Virus record (IMG/VR): IMGVR_UViG_3300018080_000107
Source: a virus
Direction: 5' to 3' (one strand)
Length of the DNA: 64,000 bases
The position numbers and the translations under genes were made by a program. Positions 30,814 through 38,196 of this stretch are shown piece by piece. Under the pieces are notes generated by a model. The model ran no database searches. It was not told where the DNA came from and saw only the letters and a program-made list of their open reading frames with translations. How positions within the stretch are numbered: position 1 is the stretch's first letter; each line of letters begins with the position of its first letter.

Positions 30814-30978
30814 TTATTCACCAAATACAGAAGGCTCTTGCATAAGCTTCCTTAGAGCCTCATTTGGCTCTGCTGGCTTACCTAAATCCTCTATAAACTT
30901 TGAAAATGCACCAGATGACATAACAATAACGTTTTCTGGCAACACCCTAAGATTAATCAAGTCATCTTTTTGTTCCAT
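30814..30978 (-). CDS. Small protein resembling the C-terminal part of DUF1778/TacA antitoxins
   Basis: IVMSSGAFSKFIEDLGKPAEPNEALRKLM. Confidence 0.5.
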   Translation of the reverse strand: MEQKDDLINLRVLPENVIVMSSGAFSKFIEDLGKPAEPNEALRKLMQEPSVFGE

Positions 30979-30979
30979 T

Positions 30980-31525
30980 CTAATCCCACCAATTCTGTGC
31001 CCATTTACCAACCATCTTCATTACATAATCAATAGCTCTCTGCTTTTGTCGGGCAGCATGTTTACAGCCCTTTAGAAACTCCCTACGACACCTCTCCTTC
31101 TCTTCGTCTGTCACAGCATGCTTCCGGTCGAAATGCAATGTGCTGTATCCTGGACGGTCCTCACATGGCTCAAATCGCCACTTGGCCTTACCCCACTTCT
31201 TATCGTGCGCCTCAGCAAAATCATCTTCGTACTTGTCTGTAATAATCCTATTAAGAAGCTCGATACAAATTTTTATCTTACGCCTATCCTCATCTGCATT
31301 CACATGATGAACAAGTTCTGGCTTAAGGCGTTCAAGCTTTTTCTTCATAAGCTCAAATATGCCAGGCTCACAATTGAAATCCCAATCGTGCCAAATTATA
31401 GGAATATAGTCAATAACTCGCCAAAACCTATGCCAACAAACACGAATATCTTGTGGAATCTCGTCTCCAAGAACCAAAAAACGCCTATCTATCCAACGAC
31501 AAAAAGCGTCAATCTTATCAAACAT
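30980..31525 (-). CDS. Hypothetical protein
   Basis: MFDKIDAF...WWD. Confidence 0.65.
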   Translation of the reverse strand: MFDKIDAFCRWIDRRFLVLGDEIPQDIRVCWHRFWRVIDYIPIIWHDWDFNCEPGIFELMKKKLERLKPELVHHVNADEDRRKIKICIELLNRIITDKYEDDFAEAHDKKWGKAKWRFEPCEDRPGYSTLHFDRKHAVTDEEKERCRREFLKGCKHAARQKQRAIDYVMKMVGKWAQNWWD

Positions 31526-31973
31526 CGTCCAAATAATCTTCATCTTCATCATCACTGTAATACCTTGGACTTTCTTCAGTAAGAAAATTGCGTGTTTTAA
31601 GAATAATTGACTCTGGCATTCCAGCCTCACGCATTTCCCTTTCCCAGCCTCCACGCTCAATTATACCATAGCCACATGCATTATGGTCGCCAAGATAGAA
31701 TCTAACTGGAGAACTATATACTCTTTTACCCTCCACCATTAAAAATGGCAAAGCATACATTGGGGCATCTGAACAACACCCACAATCCGCCACAAAATCC
31801 ACATCTTCCACATGTTTATTAGCAAGTGCAGATGATATTCGCTCAGTTCCCCAACGACTCACCTCAATGGTTATATCATGAAATTTAGAGTGTATAGCGT
31901 CAATTTGTTTTAGTTGCTCTCCCAATTCCGAAACCTGCTTTGCCAACTTTTGTGTGTAATCTGTGTATTCCAT
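31518..31973 (-). CDS. Hypothetical protein
   Basis: GGAGG SD; CGCCSD motif. Confidence 0.7.
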   Translation of the reverse strand: MEYTDYTQKLAKQVSELGEQLKQIDAIHSKFHDITIEVSRWGTERISSALANKHVEDVDFVADCGCCSDAPMYALPFLMVEGKRVYSSPVRFYLGDHNACGYGIIERGGWEREMREAGMPESIILKTRNFLTEESPRYYSDDEDEDYLDDV

Positions 31974-31990
31974 TATTCCTCCGTTGTTTT

Positions 31991-32065
31991 TGGTAGGTCT
32001 GTCCGGTAATGCTCCGAATTCCCCAGGTTAAAAGCCTGGTGCTTCACTATTAAAGCTTCAGACCC
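31991..32065 (-). tRNA. tRNA-Lys(TTT), non-canonical T-loop AGCATTA
   Basis: GGGTCTG/CAGACCT acceptor, CCAGG-CTTTTAA-CCTGG, encoded CCA. Confidence 0.8.
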
Positions 32066-32067
32066 GC

Positions 32068-32144
32068 TGGTTGGAGTGGTAGGATTTGCACCTACGACCT
32101 CCCGCTTATAAGGCGGATGCTGCTAACTCCTGAGCTACACTCCA
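32068..32144 (-). tRNA. tRNA-Ile(TAT), T-loop TGCAAAT
   Basis: TGGAGTG/CACTCCA acceptor, TCCGC-CTTATAA-GCGGG, CCA. Confidence 0.85.
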
Positions 32145-32329
32145 TCTATAAAACATCCTGGCACCCAATCTTGTGTGTAATCACATTCTGGGCATACCAA
32201 TCCATTCTCTGTCATCTCTAACACGGCTCTACATTTTGCATTGCCACATGTTAAGGGATGAACATACATATTTTTTTGATATTCATTAATAATTTCTATT
32301 TGTTCTTTTGTAAAAGGCCCCTTATTCAT
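32135..32329 (-). CDS. Small Zn-ribbon protein
   Basis: HPLTCG..C...CPEC..Q.W. Confidence 0.6.
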   Translation of the reverse strand: MNKGPFTKEQIEIINEYQKNMYVHPLTCGNAKCRAVLEMTENGLVCPECDYTQDWVPGCFIDGV

Positions 32330-32600
32330 CGCTCTTTTCCTCTATGATTCTTTCTGGACTATGTAGATAAAAACTATAATCAATCTCTATCCCAATCTCA
32401 AATTCATAGTCACACTTAGGACATTCTACATCGTGCTCAGTCTCCCCCTCATAGTCACATACCTCATAATCAAATCTGTGACCACACTTAGGACAACGCA
32501 CTTCATCTTTATACGAACTTCCAACACAATCTAAATAACATCGACCTGTATCATCTAAAAGTCTATCGCTTTCACCACAAGCCTTACAAATACCTCGCAT
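32322..32600 (-). CDS. Zn-ribbon protein
   Basis: Three CxxC motifs. Confidence 0.6.
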   Translation of the reverse strand: MRGICKACGESDRLLDDTGRCYLDCVGSSYKDEVRCPKCGHRFDYEVCDYEGETEHDVECPKCDYEFEIGIEIDYSFYLHSPERIIEEKSDE

Positions 32601-32619
32601 AAATACCCCTATAAAAAAA

Positions 32620-32705
32620 TGGTGCCCCCAGAGGGATTTGAACCCTCACTCCCTTTCGGGAACGAGATTTTGAATCTCGCGTGTCTGCCGTTCCACCACA
32701 GGGGC
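32620..32705 (-). tRNA. tRNA-Leu(CAA)
   Basis: Canonical type II cloverleaf with CCA. Confidence 0.95.
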
Positions 32706-32711
32706 ATTAAT

Positions 32712-33101
32712 CTATCGCTTAGCCTGACATTTATCACAAAGACACAATATCCAACTTCCACCTCTAAGCTCGCCAGGCTCACCACATAATTCACAAACAA
32801 ATTGAGAATTTTTTTCTGCTTCCTCAATAACCTTCCACATTTCCCCAGTACCTGAAGTCATATAGAAAGATAGTGTACCCCACTTTTCCTTTACTTGTGC
32901 GGCTCGATATTGTTCACGCTCTTCTTCTGGGCAGTCTAAAATCAATGCCTCCAGCTTTACAGAAAGATCGTAAATAAGCTGAAACCATCCATCACCACAC
33001 TGAAACCCCCAACACATACAGGTGTCTGTCATTGAAGTATTTCTATCCCCATAAAGATTGGGGAATTCCTTACAAAGTTTTTTGTCTAAATCTTCTCTCA
33101 T
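32712..33101 (-). CDS. Conserved-looking phage hypothetical protein
   Basis: CGDGW, QVKEKWGTL.FY, CELCG motifs; GAGG SD. Confidence 0.7.
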   Translation of the reverse strand: MREDLDKKLCKEFPNLYGDRNTSMTDTCMCWGFQCGDGWFQLIYDLSVKLEALILDCPEEEREQYRAAQVKEKWGTLSFYMTSGTGEMWKVIEEAEKNSQFVCELCGEPGELRGGSWILCLCDKCQAKR

Positions 33102-33119
33102 TGTTGACCTCTAAAAAAA

Positions 33120-33195
33120 TGGAGCGGCTGGTGGGACTCGAACCCACACCCTCGGTTTGGAAGACCGACATGCTACCATTGAACACCACAGCCGC
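33120..33195 (-). tRNA. tRNA-Gly(TCC)
   Basis: Canonical cloverleaf, U73, CCA. Confidence 0.95.
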
Positions 33196-33196
33196 A

Positions 33197-33273
33197 TGGT
33201 CTAGCTAGCTGGCTCTGCCCCAGCGATCTCCTGGCCCCAAACCAGGCGGGTTACTAAACTCCCCCATAGCTAG
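33197..33273 (-). tRNA. tRNA-Pro(TGG), T-loop GGCAGAG
   Basis: CTAGCTA/TAGCTAG acceptor, CCTGG-TTTGGGG-CCAGG, CCA. Confidence 0.8.
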
Positions 33274-33275
33274 AT

Positions 33276-33350
33276 TGGTGGACGGAACCCGACTTGCACA
33301 GGTATGACTGGTTCTTCAGACCAGGGCTTTACTTCTTAAGCTATCCGTCC
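33276..33350 (-). tRNA. tRNA-Phe(GAA), T-loop TGCAAGT
   Basis: GGACGGA/TCCGTCC acceptor, CTGGT-CTGAAGA-ACCAG, CCA. Confidence 0.85.
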
Positions 33351-33351
33351 G

Positions 33352-33430
33352 TGGTAGCGGGGGGGAGAGTCGAACTCCCGACTTCCAGCTTATGAGACTG
33401 GCGTGCTAACCACAACTGCACTACCCCGCT
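33352..33430 (-). tRNA. tRNA with CAT anticodon (Met; fMet/Ile2 identity unresolved)
   Basis: AGCGGGG/CCCCGCT acceptor, CCAGT-CTCATAA-GCTGG, CCA. Confidence 0.9.
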
Positions 33431-33866
33431 ATCGATATAAACTAATCCAAACTTCTTTCTCTATGTCCCAAATAAGCCAATCTCGTTTATCAACAAGACG
33501 AGCATAGGACTGTACCTTCTTTTCCTTCGTTCCCTCCCAAAACCAAATAACATCATATGTATAATATCGTCCGACTTCAGGATTCCAAAACCAACTCTTT
33601 TTAGTTGTTTGCCTCATTCGCCGAGGGTTAAGATGCCCACGAAACTTGCCGCCCTTCTTTTCTTTGACGACTTTTTCTTTCCACTGGGTCTTTCTATAAC
33701 TCTTCCAGCTTCTACTTCGTTTACTCCACACATCATCCCATTCTGTTGGGATGTGCCGCCTTTTGCGCCTTGGACGAGGAAAATCATCTTCGTATTGACA
33801 ATCTACATCGTCCGCATGAAACTGAACTAATTCCTGTCGAGTCTTTGGTTTCCGAAAATAACCCAT
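33429..33866 (-). CDS. Hypothetical basic, Trp-rich protein
   Basis: AGGAGG SD; YFRKPKT.QE, IPTEWDD, RSWK..RKTQW. Confidence 0.65.
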   Translation of the reverse strand: MGYFRKPKTRQELVQFHADDVDCQYEDDFPRPRRKRRHIPTEWDDVWSKRSRSWKSYRKTQWKEKVVKEKKGGKFRGHLNPRRMRQTTKKSWFWNPEVGRYYTYDVIWFWEGTKEKKVQSYARLVDKRDWLIWDIEKEVWISLYR

Positions 33867-33890
33867 AATTTCCTCCTTTGGTTAAATACC

Positions 33891-34034
33891 TCAGAAGGAA
33901 TCACTCTCATACTCTCCCATTAGTCCCATGTTAAACTTCCTTTCACACTCGTCACAACAAAAAGCTTCATTGGGTGGGCATGAATCAAAACACTCCTGAC
34001 ACACGCCCTCATCCTCAAACTTTTCTTCAGCCAT
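33891..34034 (-). CDS. Small Cys-rich protein (47 aa)
   Basis: MAEEKF...CQEC...CCDEC. Confidence 0.45.
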   Translation of the reverse strand: MAEEKFEDEGVCQECFDSCPPNEAFCCDECERKFNMGLMGEYESDSF

Positions 34035-34057
34035 AATATATCAATCCCTTTATTTTC

Positions 34058-34132
34058 TGGTACTGCTGGATAGAGTTGAACTACCGCCTCGACCTTATCA
34101 GGATCACGTGCTAACCATTACACCACAGCAGC
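34058..34132 (-). tRNA. tRNA-Ile(GAT)
   Basis: Cloverleaf, loop CTGATAA, CCA. Confidence 0.9.
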
Positions 34133-34336
34133 TTAGATAAACTTACTCTTAACCAAGCTTGTAAAAACTTCCTGACACTTACCAGAACGATTCAGTATCT
34201 TGGCAATGTGCTGAGAGTCCATACGTGACACACGACTTAAAACCTCCCAACAATTATCGCAAAGCTTGGTGCCCCTCATTATCGTAGGTTCACCACAAAT
34301 CGTACATGGTACTGTCTGTTCAATCAAATCAATCAT
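34133..34336 (-). CDS. Small Zn-finger protein
   Basis: CTICG...CDNC. Confidence 0.55.
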   Translation of the reverse strand: MIDLIEQTVPCTICGEPTIMRGTKLCDNCWEVLSRVSRMDSQHIAKILNRSGKCQEVFTSLVKSKFI

Positions 34337-34357
34337 ATATTAACCTTCCTTTATTTT

Positions 34358-34433
34358 TGGCTGAAGGGATGGGAGTCGAACCCATAACCACCCGGTTAAC
34401 AGCCGGGGGCTCTACCAATTGAGCTACCCTCCA
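34358..34433 (-). tRNA. tRNA-Asn(GTT)
   Basis: Canonical cloverleaf, G73, CCA. Confidence 0.95.
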
Positions 34434-34440
34434 ATTAAAA

Positions 34441-34658
34441 AGTGCCTCGTCAGGCCCTACTTCCCGTTTGCAACCGAGGCAGGTCTTGACTTTCCGTCTT
34501 CCTAACGAGGCTACTGCCGCAGTCAAATTATCTAAAAAGCCCTTGGTCAGCCACACGCATCCCATCCCGGCTTGTCACTCATGTTGTGGTAAATGAATTA
34601 CTTCTCCCACTCAACTCGCTTCTCACGGGCCAAAGCCTTGTCCGCTGTAGGGCTTTCT
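34441..34658 (-). ncRNA. Candidate two-domain structured RNA within the tRNA cluster
   Basis: Closing stems AAAGCCCT/AGGGCTTT and GCCTCGTTAGG/CCTGACGAGGC with nested hairpins. Confidence 0.45.
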
Positions 34659-34660
34659 TT

Positions 34661-35164
34661 CTAGTCTTTATAATACTTTCTATTGATTATATCTGATATT
34701 GTGCTCTTAGAACACTTAAACTTCTTGGCCAGTCTTGGATATGTCCATCCTGCTGTCCTTAAAGTTCGTATTTCAACAATCTGTTCGTCTGAAAACCGTC
34801 GTCTTGCCCTACCAGCAATTCTAACAGTCCTTAAAATTGTCTCTCTATCTTTATCTCCAGAATTATCTATTCCAGTCCCAAGTTCAATATTGACACGAGA
34901 ATTATCAAACTCATTCCCATTCAAATGCCGAACCTGCAAACCAGAATACAAAAATCTATCGCCAAACTTCTGCAACGCCATTAAATGATGAACCTTCACA
35001 TTCTCAGACCTACCCCCAATCTTTATACTAAAACGCAAATATCCATCAGTGCTTACTGTAGGATGCAACTGTTGCTTTTTCGACCAAACAGTACCATCAT
35101 CGGCAACATAATATCCTTTCGCCTTAGCCTTAAGTGTCATCTGCTTATATTTAGAAAGTTCCAT
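34661..35164 (-). CDS. HNH homing endonuclease with C-terminal HTH
   Basis: DGYL, VHHL, QVRHLNGN..DN...N; HTH WTYPRLAKKFKCSKSTISDI. Confidence 0.85.
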   Translation of the reverse strand: MELSKYKQMTLKAKAKGYYVADDGTVWSKKQQLHPTVSTDGYLRFSIKIGGRSENVKVHHLMALQKFGDRFLYSGLQVRHLNGNEFDNSRVNIELGTGIDNSGDKDRETILRTVRIAGRARRRFSDEQIVEIRTLRTAGWTYPRLAKKFKCSKSTISDIINRKYYKD

Positions 35165-35178
35165 AATGCTCCAAAAAA

Positions 35179-35263
35179 TGGTGGGGGCAGGAGTGCTCGC
35201 ACCTCCCATGTGTAACACATCTGGTTTACAGCCAGATCCAATGCTATCTCTGGTCATACCCCC
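35179..35263 (-). tRNA. tRNA-Tyr(GTA), T-loop TGCGAGC
   Basis: GGGGGTA/TGCCCCC acceptor, TCTGG-CTGTAAA-CCAGA, variable arm, CCA. Confidence 0.85.
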
Positions 35264-35417
35264 ATTACTTCTTATTATTTAATTTATCAGCTATTTTCTG
35301 TAACTCCTGAAAAGCCACATCTACCTTACTACACTCTTTCCAAAGAGCATAAAACAAACCGGATATTATTAATCCACCAACAATTAAAAGTGTTATATTC
35401 AACCACATATTATCTCC

Positions 35418-35509
35418 TGGCGGAAGTAGATGGATTTGAACCACCGTGCCCTTTTACAGACAGCCTTGGATTAGCAATCCAGCACCTTGCCAAACTCGGT
35501 CATACTTCC
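35418..35509 (-). tRNA. tRNA-Ser(GCT)
   Basis: Type II cloverleaf, G73, CCA. Confidence 0.9.
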
Positions 35510-35519
35510 AATTATTTTC

Positions 35520-35603
35520 TGGCAGAGGACAGAGGTAACGCTCCCCGACCCGTTAAGATCCCCAGGGGTTCAAACCCTGTTTGCAGCTTCTGCGGTGTCC
35601 TCT
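35520..35603 (-). tRNA. tRNA-Ser(TGA) with 8/4 acceptor/T-stem fold
   Basis: AGAGGACA/TGTCCTCT (8 bp), T-stem GGGG/CCTC, CAGGG-TTTGAAC-CCCTG, long variable arm, G73-CCA. Confidence 0.75.
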
Positions 35604-35604
35604 A

Positions 35605-35681
35605 TGGAGCCAGGAGTGAGAATCGAACTCACAACCTCTCGCTTACAAGGCGAAGGCTCTACCTAATTGAGCTACCCCGGC
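35605..35681 (-). tRNA. tRNA-Thr(TGT)
   Basis: Canonical cloverleaf, CCA. Confidence 0.95.
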
Positions 35682-35923
35682 TTTACTTCAACATTAATTA
35701 TAAGCTTAACAGTATCTTCATGACCACATTCCCAACACACAACCATTTCGTCATACTTGCAACCAACTGGTGGATCAGAAATATAATCATGCTCCAAATT
35801 CAACTCATTTTTGTGTCCGCACTGTGGACATTGCCAAAGAATCGTAAAAGGAAGATAGAGTCTCTTTATACTTAATTCACAATTAGCAAGAGTATCGTTT
35901 TTAAATACTTTGCAATCTATCAT
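35672..35923 (-). CDS. Zn-ribbon protein
   Basis: AGGAGG SD; CPQCG and CWECG. Confidence 0.6.
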   Translation of the reverse strand: MIDCKVFKNDTLANCELSIKRLYLPFTILWQCPQCGHKNELNLEHDYISDPPVGCKYDEMVVCWECGHEDTVKLIINVEVKPG

Positions 35924-35941
35924 TATGCCTCCTACAATTTT

Positions 35942-36017
35942 TGGCAGGGACGAGAGGATTTGAACCTCTAACATCCAGATTCAAAGTCTGGCGCTCTACC
36001 AATTGAACTACGTCCCT
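35942..36017 (-). tRNA. tRNA-Gln(TTG)
   Basis: CCAGA-CTTTGAA-TCTGG, canonical T-loop, CCA. Confidence 0.9.
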
Positions 36018-36018
36018 A

Positions 36019-36092
36019 TGGCACCCGGTGAAGGGATCGAACCCCCAGCCGCTGGTTTGGAGCCAGCGATGTTTCCATTACACCAACCGGGC
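36019..36092 (-). tRNA. tRNA-Trp(CCA)
   Basis: GCTGG-CTCCAAA-CCAGC, G73, CCA. Confidence 0.95.
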
Positions 36093-36096
36093 AATA

Positions 36097-36324
36097 TTAC
36101 ATTAACCAATACTGGTCCCTACACCACTCGTATCGCATCCAACTTGGTCGTGGACAAGTGGCCTGACTCAATAAACCCTCACGATTCATAAAGCCAAAAC
36201 AAATCTGAACCTCTCTTTGTGTTAAATTAAGCCTTTTGGCTGTTCCCTCAACTGTTATAGGACTCTTCCTATTTAAAAGAACAAATTGCTTTAATCTCTC
36301 ATAACACTTAGGAGGATTTTTCAT
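36097..36324 (-). CDS. Small winged-HTH-like protein
   Basis: ITVEGTAKRLNLTQREVQICFGFMNREGLL. Confidence 0.5.
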   Translation of the reverse strand: MKNPPKCYERLKQFVLLNRKSPITVEGTAKRLNLTQREVQICFGFMNREGLLSQATCPRPSWMRYEWCRDQYWLM

Positions 36325-36353
36325 ATCTATAAACTTCCTTAATTAGTAACAAT

Positions 36354-36472
36354 GGGGCATTTTAATGACATACCCCAGGTCTGATTTCACACTCTACGGT
36401 GCGCTTATCATCGCCCTTGTACTGCATACTGCAGCCCGTGATGCACGGTTAAAAGAGGTGGACTATAACCCC
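36354..36472 (-). ncRNA. Candidate small structured RNA ending in an H-type pseudoknot
   Basis: Three short hairpins plus GAC-CT-GGGGTAT-GTC-ATTAAA-ATGCCCC. Confidence 0.45.
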
Positions 36473-36481
36473 TATAATATT

Positions 36482-36846
36482 TGGTGGACCTAGAGGGAAT
36501 CGAACCCTCGTCCTGTACAGCTTCTTTAATAGCCTTCTACGTGTGTAGTCCTAATTCTTTTTCTCACTCACCCCATCCGTTCAGGACAAACGCTGTGATG
36601 AGCCAGTCGCAGTAATGTCGATGTGTGCCTCACGACTCTACACACACCCAAGCATTTTCTTTAACTCCGTTTAGCCCGAAATGCCAAAGCTAAAGGAGAC
36701 TGCCGTGCTTATGCGCAGCAGAGTTCGAGTTCTTCAGTTTCTTCAACTGTGTCGGTTAAATTTTAGTTACGGGTTGATAACGCAGCCTCCCGTACTGCGA
36801 CACGCTTACTATTACCTCCACTACCAGTCGATACCGTTGTAGGCCC
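36482..36846 (-). ncRNA. ssrA: tmRNA; tag (A)DTVEETEELELCCA
   Basis: 5' GGGCCTA...TCGAC and 3' GACGAGGGTTCGATTCCCTCTAGGTCCACCA with G3.U70; 365 nt; tag ORF 36709-36753. Confidence 0.92.
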
Positions 36847-36860
36847 ATTTATTCTCTCGC

Positions 36861-36895
36861 ACTATAATAGACGTTCAAAACAAGGCATCTTTACA
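36861..36895 (-). promoter_or_regulatory. Putative ECF-like promoter TGTAA-N17-CGTCTATTATA, abutted by motif B
   Basis: Directly upstream of the tmRNA. Confidence 0.65.
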
Positions 36896-36905
36896 TTAAA
36901 GTGCG

Positions 36906-37079
36906 TTAATCTTTCATACTTCCTTTCAACAACCATGCAGTAGTCTTAGAAAGTTCGTTCATCGCTCTATTAAGACAATCCTCTTTTCCTTCGCCCAAAA
37001 GCGTATGCGGAATCTTAATAACCTGCTCTCGCTCTCTACCTTCATTGTTGACTGAAATCTTAACTTCTATATATTTCAT
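36906..37079 (-). CDS. Hypothetical protein (57 aa)
   Basis: MKYIEVKISV...; ATGA overlap with upstream gene. Confidence 0.5.
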   Translation of the reverse strand: MKYIEVKISVNNEGREREQVIKIPHTLLGEGKEDCLNRAMNELSKTTAWLLKGSMKD

Positions 37080-37345
37080 GTTTTACGTCCCTTGAATTTT
37101 TTATACGACTTCTCTCTGGTTATACATAATATTACTGATGTAAGAAGCAAATCAAGCGTAAACACCATAGAAGTCTCCCTGCCACCATAAAAATCGAGAT
37201 TTATAGCCCTAAATAAAGGGTTTTCAGAATTTATCCAATTTTTTTTCAAAAAACTTAAAGAAATATTAAAATTATTAACCCTAATATAAAAGTCTATTTG
37301 CCTATTTTTGAAAAATTCTGTTAAAATTGTAAAGGAAAATCTCAT
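37076..37345 (-). CDS. Hypothetical AT-rich protein
   Basis: ATGA overlap with the DHH gene. Confidence 0.45.
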   Translation of the reverse strand: MRFSFTILTEFFKNRQIDFYIRVNNFNISLSFLKKNWINSENPLFRAINLDFYGGRETSMVFTLDLLLTSVILCITREKSYKKFKGRKT

Positions 37346-38196
37346 TCCACCCTCAAGAAAGGTATCTCGGTTGTCTGAAAGCCAGCGGCCTTTGGATGTC
37401 CACCACCACCTCGTGCAACACAAATATTGCCAACATGGATATCATCCCTGGCAGTATAAAGCGACACTGTGAATAGTGCTCCATCATACACAAAGCAAGC
37501 ACAAATTGGGTATTCGTCCATTTTCTTATCGAAAGCAAGCGAACTAACTCGTGCCTTATTCATGACATACACCAAGTGTCCATCTATAGAAGATTCAAAA
37601 CCATATGCCTTCATATAATCAAGATTGGCCTGATTCTCATACTTCATAGCAATCAAACCCTCTTCCACAAGACGCTCAATCCAAGCTTTTCCACCATAAC
37701 CAAGCATTTCTGGCCATATTAATGCCTCTGGTCCGTGGTCCTGCATTTCGAGCCCATACTTAAATGGTTTGGTCCGCTCATCCGAATGAACCCACCTGTC
37801 CCAATCGTCTACCAGTCTGAGGGCCTCTGGGGCTTGCTCAGGCGCTTCCGAAATGACATCCTGACCCTTGATATACATCCATGTCAAAAGGGCTCCACAG
37901 CCGTCTGTGCGCCTTAGACCGGGCAGCCTATTTTGAATGCCTTCCTTCTCAATTGCAGTCGCATGATGATCAATCCAATGAACGTCTCCAGTGATTGAAA
38001 GTAAAGTTTCCCAATCTCCTGGGTTCTGCAAACTGAAATCAACAATAAAAACAGTCTCCCCCGCCTCAATCTGCTCAAAAGGAACCTTCTTATTATAGTT
38101 CATCTCGACAAACTTAATATTCTCGTTTGGGTACTGTAGCCTAATAATAGCTCCAGCGGCCCTTCCGTCAATATCATTATGATGTAGGACTATCAT
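37342..38196 (-). CDS. DHH/DHHA1 phosphoesterase (NrnB-like)
   Basis: HHNDIDG, VDFS, IDHH, GGGGHPKAAGF. Confidence 0.9.
   Translation of the reverse strand: MIVLHHNDIDGRAAGAIIRLQYPNENIKFVEMNYNKKVPFEQIEAGETVFIVDFSLQNPGDWETLLSITGDVHWIDHHATAIEKEGIQNRLPGLRRTDGCGALLTWMYIKGQDVISEAPEQAPEALRLVDDWDRWVHSDERTKPFKYGLEMQDHGPEALIWPEMLGYGGKAWIERLVEEGLIAMKYENQANLDYMKAYGFESSIDGHLVYVMNKARVSSLAFDKKMDEYPICACFVYDGALFTVSLYTARDDIHVGNICVARGGGGHPKAAGFQTTEIPFLRVE

Noticed and set aside
34444-34511. Hammerhead ribozyme (CTGACGAG and GAAA present)
   Set aside because: CTGACGAGGC is fully paired with GCCTCGTTAG, and the GAAA-stem III-UH geometry does not fit
34329-34565. 78-aa minus-strand ORF (also 32609..32827 and 59387..59584)
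   Set aside because: They overlap tRNA genes, structured RNA or repeat arrays and lack a convincing SD
35520-35603. Selenocysteine or opal-suppressor tRNA
   Set aside because: The anticodon is TGA (reads UCA, Ser), not TCA
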